A stretch of 29,902 nucleotides of DNA, taken from the IMG/VR virus record IMGVR_UViG_3300017540_000272, positions 1 to 29,902 of that record; one strand, given 5' to 3'. The stretch's first letter is position 1. Each line of letters starts with the position of its first letter. Below are positions 23,801-29,902 of the stretch, one piece after another. The notes beneath the pieces were generated by a model. The model searched no databases, was not told the DNA's origin, and was given only the letters and a program-made list of their open reading frames with translations. Position numbers and translations under genes: made by a program. The stretch comes from a virus (lineage: Duplodnaviria > Caudoviricetes).

Positions 23801-24722
23801 CTACCAGGGCGCATCAACTCCCATGGGGACGGACGGGTTGCCTTGGAAGGGTATCCCGTGGGCGATCGACACGACCCCTTACGAGAACGCTGGTCAACTG
23901 TCCGCTGACGCGTTCCTGTACGGATTCGATAGCGCTCAACCTGAGCAGAACATTGTTGCGATCGATCCTGAACCGTACCGTCAAGCGGCGCATGCGGCTG
24001 GTGTCGCATTCTCGTCGTCGTTGCAGGAAACCATTGCGTCTACCGAGATTGCAGTTGCGCAGGTGAACGTTAGCGCTGACGCGTTCAACGCCGCGGCGGA
24101 AACCGTTGGTGCTTCGTTCAAGCAAACGATCACACAGTCGATTGGTCAGACGAACCTGAGTTTGGTGGCTATGTCGATCATCCGCACGTTGCTGCAGGGG
24201 TTCTCGAACAGTCAGTCGGGTGTGAATAATTCCGCGAAGAACCTCGGTGACGGTGCGAAGGCGTCGTTGGCGTCTTCTGCTGGCGGGTCGTACACGATCG
24301 GTGCTCAGTTTGGGCAGGGCTTCGCGAATGGTATTGCCGGGCAGATCCAAAGTGCTGCGAATGCTGCAGCCGCGTTGGCAGCTTCTGCGATGGCTGCCGC
24401 GAAGGCCGAGCTGGACATACGTTCGCCGTCGCGTCGTGCTCGCGACGAACTGGGCATCATGGTTGGTCGCGGGTTTGCGGGTGGTTTGACGGATTCCATT
24501 CCGCTGGTGCGGCGCGCGATGAACTCGATGGTTGACAGGTCACTGACCGATGCGTCTGGCCGGATGGTTGGTATGAGTGACCTGAACCGGCCGAGACCAG
24601 TTGCCGTTGGTGGATCTGCGCTGACCAGTCACGTTGTGAACTTCACTGTCCATAACCCAGTGGTGCGGGATCCGTTTAATGACGACTGGAACGACGCGAA
24701 CGAGAAGGGACTATTCGACTGA
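20832..24722 (+). CDS. Tape measure protein
   Basis: 1296 aa, Ala/Gly/Leu-rich; N-terminal IG.VGVRVLP.T.GF and C-terminal L.IRSPSR. Confidence 0.95.
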   Translation: MATHEIGSVGVRVLPNTRGFARKVREDLQRIKNIDVYVNVIPRLKRRAIRNQLQDQLDELKDLRINVDAVANLRQIRQQAKKIEQVVDDVDVVLLPQFDKNRFLRVNNELSDLIRDVEVNIDLDKDSGRAVRQMLNEIEREMHDLNQMSLFENLDDRELMWIHRRMDDAVESARHLKHQIELATHQASRLDEQLDDVAKDREARIDANPMTAWASARLAWLTRARIVDIIPRVSRAAITKTLTALAALSGARLTWTYIDRFQRWMGELDKNLPRITFGVTGLTTAFSGLMGSISGLVGIGDGLAATLPSLLLLPGLMAGAVVSIVAIAVALKDAKTELAELGDSYRNLGKIIKENFWREARQPIISLSRSVMPQLERSFQRTSAAIGRFTARIATSFEREFAGGRLEKMFDGLAAAWDVLSTGTDAFAGAITNLGLVAAKYMPGLAQWFVDLSITFDNWLSDVSTDGRLDQWLMEAKEAFYDIWDVMAATQGIFAGLWRAAEAGGSGGLSGFADMLLEWERAVNGAKWQRTLTAMFRGAGRALSGFNVGLKAFGNMLDENRREIEYFMGTAGVALGSFFAAIAEALEQPAVKRGLADLIDGLADGLKSLEPALGPLGEAFGTLLSFMGELARVVGPVLSEALQVLAPLLVDVLEALTPLLPQLGEAFITAIEELTPYLEDFVQWFIDALPSIVDFGEKVLENAPTIVLLAGAFMLALNAAKWLFGAAKSVFDLFEKHGGRFSDFSGKVGGLAGALARVAGIAGAVIWAIVNMWQNSERFRDSVGRLFGKLGELIGKLGELGGAFLGLNGDSESTAKLWKFMGDSISFVLDGITTGIGFVIPLIESFTTYLGSMAEGVGKLFTGDFGGAFEAFESAGRKSADALANGMKSAWSEAGALALDTLGMQEKLGLSDAEMREVGRSVGISISDGTEEGATSAFDPSVYAALGGQAGQGFYFGAGAADPSLSPWIAAPGLNAEPFSLSGVAAADAFYQGASTPMGTDGLPWKGIPWAIDTTPYENAGQLSADAFLYGFDSAQPEQNIVAIDPEPYRQAAHAAGVAFSSSLQETIASTEIAVAQVNVSADAFNAAAETVGASFKQTITQSIGQTNLSLVAMSIIRTLLQGFSNSQSGVNNSAKNLGDGAKASLASSAGGSYTIGAQFGQGFANGIAGQIQSAANAAAALAASAMAAAKAELDIRSPSRRARDELGIMVGRGFAGGLTDSIPLVRRAMNSMVDRSLTDASGRMVGMSDLNRPRPVAVGGSALTSHVVNFTVHNPVVRDPFNDDWNDANEKGLFD

Positions 24723-25522
24723 TGCCTCAAGAGAACTATCTCGTGAATGGCGTCGTGCTGGACGACCCTTCGAGGGGGTGGCGGTTACTTGCCGCCACCC
24801 TCCCGAGGTCCGGGTTAACGATGTCTACTTCGCAAAGCACCAGGCCTGGACGGGACGGGTTCAAGCAGTTACCTTCGACCCGCGGAGGAGTTGTCCCTCA
24901 GTTCGAGGTACTGGTCCCTGCTGCAGATTGGGAGGAACTGCTGGCGGTGTTCACCGCACCAGCCCTTGTGATCTCTCGTGACGATGCACCCGGGCGTGTC
25001 GCGGTGGGCTCATTGAAGTCATCCTCCTCGCCAAAGGACTACCCGCGATCCGGGATGGTTTCTGCGGTGTTTTATGTGGAGATCCCTGATGGGGCGTGGC
25101 GCGGTGGTGAGGAGGTTACCGCTCTGTTCGTTACCGGGCCGGCCGGGGTGACTGGTTCACTATTCCCAGGCCTGTCTGCCCCGGTGCAGGACGCCATAGT
25201 GAGGTTCCGTGGCCCGTTGGAGGACCCGCAAATCGTGGACCCGTCAGGAGCGTTCATAGCTGTGGACGGAACGATCGGAGATGGGGAGTTTCTACGATTC
25301 GAGTCGGACCGCGGCAGGGCGTGGCTTACCGACACGGACTCCTGGACCGGAGGCGAGGAAGTCAGCGGCCTCGTTGATTTCGGTGGCCCTCGCGGAATAT
25401 TCGAGATCACTCCGCAATTCACTGACCCAGCAGAAAGAACAGGTCAGGTGACACTTACTCAGGCGTCGTACAACACGGGGTCTGGTTTTCAGGTTCGAGG
25501 GCGCGCAGCGTTCCTCACTTAG
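24722..25522 (+). CDS. Minor tail protein (distal tail-like)
   Basis: Follows the TMP with a TGATG overlap; YLVNGV.LD and PGRDG. Confidence 0.75.
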   Translation: MPQENYLVNGVVLDDPSRGWRLLAATLPRSGLTMSTSQSTRPGRDGFKQLPSTRGGVVPQFEVLVPAADWEELLAVFTAPALVISRDDAPGRVAVGSLKSSSSPKDYPRSGMVSAVFYVEIPDGAWRGGEEVTALFVTGPAGVTGSLFPGLSAPVQDAIVRFRGPLEDPQIVDPSGAFIAVDGTIGDGEFLRFESDRGRAWLTDTDSWTGGEEVSGLVDFGGPRGIFEITPQFTDPAERTGQVTLTQASYNTGSGFQVRGRAAFLT

Positions 25523-25531
25523 GGGGATTCT

Positions 25532-28234
25532 ATGTTGCATCGAGTGCGGTTGGTGACCGACAGCGGTACCGTCAACGAATCGTCGAGGGTGCTCCAGACT
25601 CGCGACCTCTCATTGACTTTGGTAGAGAACTCCACTCCGAGGCTGTCGTTCAAAGTCTCCAGGGATGACTTCTCGCCCACAGTGTTCCCATTCGTAGTGC
25701 GTGTCGAGTATGCCATTCCGGGTGGCGACCAGGTGGCCAGGTTTCAGCCGATCCCAGAACATGACTTGTTCATCGTGCTGGAGGATGAGGACGACTCCGG
25801 AGACGCCGCGAAGATCGTTACCTATACGGCGGAGGGATTCGTTCCATGGCTCCTCGGTGGAGCGTTGGTGCCGTGGTCCGCATCGTCGAAGAACGGGAAA
25901 CGTCGATGGGTAGAACCGGGCAATCGTCCCGCATCAGCTGGCTACACACTGCACGGGATGCTGACTGAATCGAAGAACGCTGGATGGTTCCCATCTCTAA
26001 TGTGGGACTTTAACGGTACGAATGATTCGAACGGGTTGCCCTGGGCGTCGGCGGATAAGTCCGTGATCGAGTGGGAGCTGTCAAAGCCGTATACGCACGT
26101 ACTGAACAGCCTGGTGAACGACGGCATGTGCGACTGGTCAGCTTCGGGAATGACTCTCCGCCTGTTCCGACCGGGGATGAAGGGCGTCGACCGACCGAAC
26201 GTGGTGTTGGGGGGACCAGAGTTCACGAAGATCCCGGTGAAGACGGACGCTACAGGACTGTACTCGCATATTCGTGCCGCACCTGACGGATTGCCGTGGC
26301 AGAACTACGCCTCAAATATGTCGATCTCGTCAAGGTTTGGGCACCGCCAGATTTTCTTGTCGCAGTCCGGAATTAAGGACGTGGCTTCCTCGGCACGGCA
26401 CGCGGCCCCGTACATCGAAGCCGGTAAACAGGTCGCCAGGGAGGAAGCGTACGAGTGGACCCCGTCAGAGGGTGGGGTGTCTCCGTGGGCTGATTTCGTG
26501 GTCGGTGATTCGGTGAGCGCCCGTTCTCGTGGAGGGAAGCAGCTTCGCCGAGTGGTGGGGTTGATTGTGCGTCAGGGGACCGCCGATTCAACCGTTCAGG
26601 TGCGTGTCGGTGATGTGTTGAAGTCTCGAGCTGCACGGGTGAAGGACCGACTGAACTCGGTAAGTGTTGGAGGTAACGTTGGCGGGTCGGGCGCGTCGTT
26701 CCCAGCATCTTCTGGGCCGGCCCCGTTCGCTCCTGACCGCCCTGACGGCCTGGTTGTGTCATCGAATGTTGGCGAGTACCGTCCCGATTTCACTGCAGTG
26801 TCGAGCGTGGAGCTCGCTTGGAGTGCGGTGACATCCGCAGTTGATGGTTCCGAATGCGATGTGGTCGAGTACGAGTTGTGGTCTCGGCTTCCAAACGAAG
26901 CGTTGTCACTCGTCACATCTGTGACGGCTTCCGCCTCCCCATCTGTGGTTGTGTCGTCTTGGGCTCCGGGGCTGCTTCGTCTCGTGGCGGTTCGTGCCCG
27001 GGATACCGGGGGCCGTTGGTCAGAGTTCTCGCTTGAGGTTCCGGTCACTCCGGCTATGCCTGCGTCCGTAGTTCCTGCAGCTCCGTCGAACCTTCGTGTG
27101 GTTTCAAACACTGGACAGTTCACACCCACCGGCCCGAACGCGTTAGTCGTGTTGGCTTGGGATGAGGTGACCATGTCAACGGATTCTGAACCTCTTGAGG
27201 CGACAGAGTATGAACTGTGGAATGGTTCAGGCCCTCTACTGCGTCTCGATGCTCTCACGACGACGGTCACCATACCTTCTGGGGTTGATGCTGAGTTCCG
27301 GGTGCGCGCCGTAACGGCTCAGGGAGTGTGGGGGGACCTTAGTGTCCCGGTTGAAGTAACCGGTGGTGTCCCTACTATGGCGACGTTCTCCCCCTCTGCC
27401 CCGGTATTGACGACCGGGTATGGGGTTGTGTCGGTGGTTTGGGACGGAACTTACACCAGCACACCCACTGGGGGGCACACTGTGTGGGTGGAAGCTCGCA
27501 TCGGTGGCAGCGACTGGGTGCAGCAAGGCACTGCGCTCGCGGGCGCGGGTTCCGCTCTCGTCCGGCTCGGATCCGTCGGCGACACTCTCGACGTACGACT
27601 GGTGTCGTACGACCAGCTCGGCCGACAAACGGGAGTGTCAGATACTGAGCAGATCGTAATCGAAGCGATCGACGGTGAAGACATTCTTGCGAACTCGATC
27701 CACGCGAACCGGATGGTCCTTGGTGAGCTCTCCGTCGACCACTTGGAACCTAATGTTGGCGAGAACCTGAACATTTCAGCGAATGCCGTCGTTATCGATC
27801 TGAATGATCGCGGAGACCAGACAGACATCGACGTTGCGGCGCTTGGCGATCTTGTCGAGGATGTGCAGACAACGGCCGAAGAGGCTGCCGAATCGGCGGC
27901 GGACGCTCAGTCGGCGGTGGATGCGCTCGCAACAGGTCGAATGCTTTCCGCCGAGGGGAACATTGCTGCCCTGTCGGACAAGTTGGACCAGTATGACAAC
28001 TCGTTCTCGTTCGAGTCGGACGGACTGCATATTCGTGAAGCGAATGGTGCTGAAGCTGAAATGGTACTCACGTCCGCGGGAGCGCGCTTGATCGCGGATG
28101 GTGTTGTCGCTTCGGAGTGGAACCAGGGGCAACTTATCGTTGCGCAGATCGTGGTCGGTGGTGGCCGGATCGGGAACCACACTATTGATTCGTCGATCTT
28201 GGGGCACACGACATTCCGCCCGTTTAACCCGTAG
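25532..28234 (+). CDS. Minor tail protein (hub/Tal-like with FN3-like repeats and a C-terminal coiled coil)
   Basis: Repeated P..P..L.V.SN.G..V.LAW..V...YELW..VRA....WS/WG modules. Confidence 0.8.
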   Translation: MLHRVRLVTDSGTVNESSRVLQTRDLSLTLVENSTPRLSFKVSRDDFSPTVFPFVVRVEYAIPGGDQVARFQPIPEHDLFIVLEDEDDSGDAAKIVTYTAEGFVPWLLGGALVPWSASSKNGKRRWVEPGNRPASAGYTLHGMLTESKNAGWFPSLMWDFNGTNDSNGLPWASADKSVIEWELSKPYTHVLNSLVNDGMCDWSASGMTLRLFRPGMKGVDRPNVVLGGPEFTKIPVKTDATGLYSHIRAAPDGLPWQNYASNMSISSRFGHRQIFLSQSGIKDVASSARHAAPYIEAGKQVAREEAYEWTPSEGGVSPWADFVVGDSVSARSRGGKQLRRVVGLIVRQGTADSTVQVRVGDVLKSRAARVKDRLNSVSVGGNVGGSGASFPASSGPAPFAPDRPDGLVVSSNVGEYRPDFTAVSSVELAWSAVTSAVDGSECDVVEYELWSRLPNEALSLVTSVTASASPSVVVSSWAPGLLRLVAVRARDTGGRWSEFSLEVPVTPAMPASVVPAAPSNLRVVSNTGQFTPTGPNALVVLAWDEVTMSTDSEPLEATEYELWNGSGPLLRLDALTTTVTIPSGVDAEFRVRAVTAQGVWGDLSVPVEVTGGVPTMATFSPSAPVLTTGYGVVSVVWDGTYTSTPTGGHTVWVEARIGGSDWVQQGTALAGAGSALVRLGSVGDTLDVRLVSYDQLGRQTGVSDTEQIVIEAIDGEDILANSIHANRMVLGELSVDHLEPNVGENLNISANAVVIDLNDRGDQTDIDVAALGDLVEDVQTTAEEAAESAADAQSAVDALATGRMLSAEGNIAALSDKLDQYDNSFSFESDGLHIREANGAEAEMVLTSAGARLIADGVVASEWNQGQLIVAQIVVGGGRIGNHTIDSSILGHTTFRPFNP

Positions 28235-28243
28235 GAGGCATTC

Positions 28244-29902
28244 ATGGGGGTTCAGTACTTCAATGGGCCGGTAGTCAACTCGAGGAATCTGCAGATCCGC
28301 GTGTGGGTCCCGCCAGGGGCTCCGTCGTCACAGTCAATCGCGAACAACACGACAACGTTGTATGCGGAGCTGTGGCTCATTAGCCGGAACTCGTACACCG
28401 CATATTCTGGCCGGACCCGAATCAAGATCGGCATTGGGAACACCTTCGTTGTCAACAAGGTTGTGAATGGGAGCTACGGGTACGGTGACCATTTCCTTGG
28501 ATCTGGACGGCGTACGGTATCGCATAACTCAGCCGGCGCGTTGTCGATCGGCGTATCGGGGACGTGGGCCGATGAGGTCCCGCCGTCGGCTTGGAGTCTC
28601 GTATACTCGACCGGCAGCATTCCGATGCCAACAATTCCGCGCGCTACAACCCCCAGCTTGTCTGGTGGTGGCGGGTTCACTACCGGTGCGGCGAAGACGA
28701 TCAGCTTGCCTCGAGCGAGCTCGGGGTTCACGCATGACGTGTCGTACAAGTTCGGCACCGCGACGGGCACGATCGCGACGGGTGCAGGAGTTTCAACTAC
28801 ATGGACACCTCCGCATTCGCTGCTGTCGCAGATTCCAAACAGTGAATCTGGGACGGTGACGATCACGGTCGTCACGAAACAGGGCTCGAGCACCATTGGG
28901 ACGAAGTCAGCGAATTACGTTCTGTCTGCAGGTGCAGGCACAGAGCCTGACGTCCCTTCGGTCGCGTGGACCGATGGGAATGTGATCGTAGCAACGAGCA
29001 TTGGTGCGTACGTGCAGGGTCAGTCGATCCTCACAGGTGTCGTGTCATCGGCGGGGCAGTACGGTGCCTCGATCACTGAGCGCACCCTGACAGTCTCGGG
29101 TGTCCCAGTGCAGCCAAACTGGACTCCGAATTCCGCGGGAACCCTTCCAGTTGTTGCGACCGTGAAAGATTCCCGAGGGAAGACCCGGTCCTGGACTGGC
29201 ACGATCTCGGTGCTTGAGTACGCGGGGATTCGGGTGACGAAGGCTCTAGTTCGGCGTGCGACCGATGTTTCAGGGACGTTGGGGGATGGCGCGTTCCTAC
29301 GGATCGACCTGTCCGCTGCTGTCCCGTCTCTGATCGTGGGGGGAACGCAGAAGAACGAACTGAAGTTGAGAGTGCAGACGTCCTTGACGGGAGAATCGCC
29401 ATGGACAACGCGGAATGATTTGACGCACACCGAGCTGTCGTATAGCAATGCGCTCATCATGGTCGGCGGCGGCGACATCTACCCCGTCACGCAATCACTG
29501 TTCGTTCGAGTCTTAGTCAGCGACAATGCGTCACAGCAGCCTGCGACCATATTGCTCCCGGTGGGCACGACCGAGGTACCGTTCGATATTGGCGAGGAGG
29601 GTACTGGTCACGGGAAGCTGTGGGAACGTGGCGCAATAGATGCCGGTGGCCCGATCTATCAAGAGGGCGTCCAGGTTGCGAATGTGGGTCATACGCATAC
29701 CGGAGATCAGGTGTCAGCCGCTAGTACGACCGCTCGCGGCACTGCGAAGATCGCCACCCAATCCGAGGTGGATGCTGGTGAGGATACGCTGAGTTATGTC
29801 ACGCCAGCGACGCTGAAGAACGCGGAGCATCTGCCGTTCGCCATGGCCGCAGGCTCCGTTACTGCGGGCGTGTCGTGGGCGACGGTCACGCTACCTGCAG
29901 GG
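28244..29902 (+). CDS. Minor tail / receptor-binding protein, DUF859-like N-terminus, truncated by the window end (not in ORF track)
   Basis: AGGAGG SD; PTIPRA..RASSGFTH..YKFG..GTIA..WTPP..QIPNS.SG; tail-fibre-like ASTTARG..IATQSEVDAG..VTPATL near the end. Confidence 0.8.
   Translation, partial: MGVQYFNGPVVNSRNLQIRVWVPPGAPSSQSIANNTTTLYAELWLISRNSYTAYSGRTRIKIGIGNTFVVNKVVNGSYGYGDHFLGSGRRTVSHNSAGALSIGVSGTWADEVPPSAWSLVYSTGSIPMPTIPRATTPSLSGGGGFTTGAAKTISLPRASSGFTHDVSYKFGTATGTIATGAGVSTTWTPPHSLLSQIPNSESGTVTITVVTKQGSSTIGTKSANYVLSAGAGTEPDVPSVAWTDGNVIVATSIGAYVQGQSILTGVVSSAGQYGASITERTLTVSGVPVQPNWTPNSAGTLPVVATVKDSRGKTRSWTGTISVLEYAGIRVTKALVRRATDVSGTLGDGAFLRIDLSAAVPSLIVGGTQKNELKLRVQTSLTGESPWTTRNDLTHTELSYSNALIMVGGGDIYPVTQSLFVRVLVSDNASQQPATILLPVGTTEVPFDIGEEGTGHGKLWERGAIDAGGPIYQEGVQVANVGHTHTGDQVSAASTTARGTAKIATQSEVDAGEDTLSYVTPATLKNAEHLPFAMAAGSVTAGVSWATVTLPAG

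Overview
A 29.9-kb piece of a GC-rich actinobacterial siphovirus, probably a temperate phage or prophage; a Microbacteriaceae-like host is a guess. The sequence runs continuously across the predicted cos/packaging junction at about 9.94-9.95 kb. From left to right: (1) a lipoprotein and a Cys-rich putative late regulator; (2) an extended -10 promoter and terminator, then about 500 nt of highly structured non-coding DNA (GOLLD-like RNA candidate with an embedded tRNA mimic) and a tRNA-Trp; (3) a VapBC45-like toxin-antitoxin pair; (4) a translationally coupled chain of micro-ORFs ending in the packaging HNH nuclease; (5) a roughly 5.4-kb leftward module of about 15 mostly small genes, including an ArdC-like protein and an HTH regulator, lying between the HNH and cos; (6) a low-complexity, Z-DNA/G4-prone tract at cos; (7) the usual head-tail operon from terminase to minor tail proteins, with a -1 frameshifted tail chaperone. 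The leftward module is the most unusual part. It carries four copies of its own operator, two anticodon-less mini-tRNA elements and a strong one-strand excess of TTGC. All calls come from reading the sequence and recalling motifs; no database searches were run, and counts are by hand.
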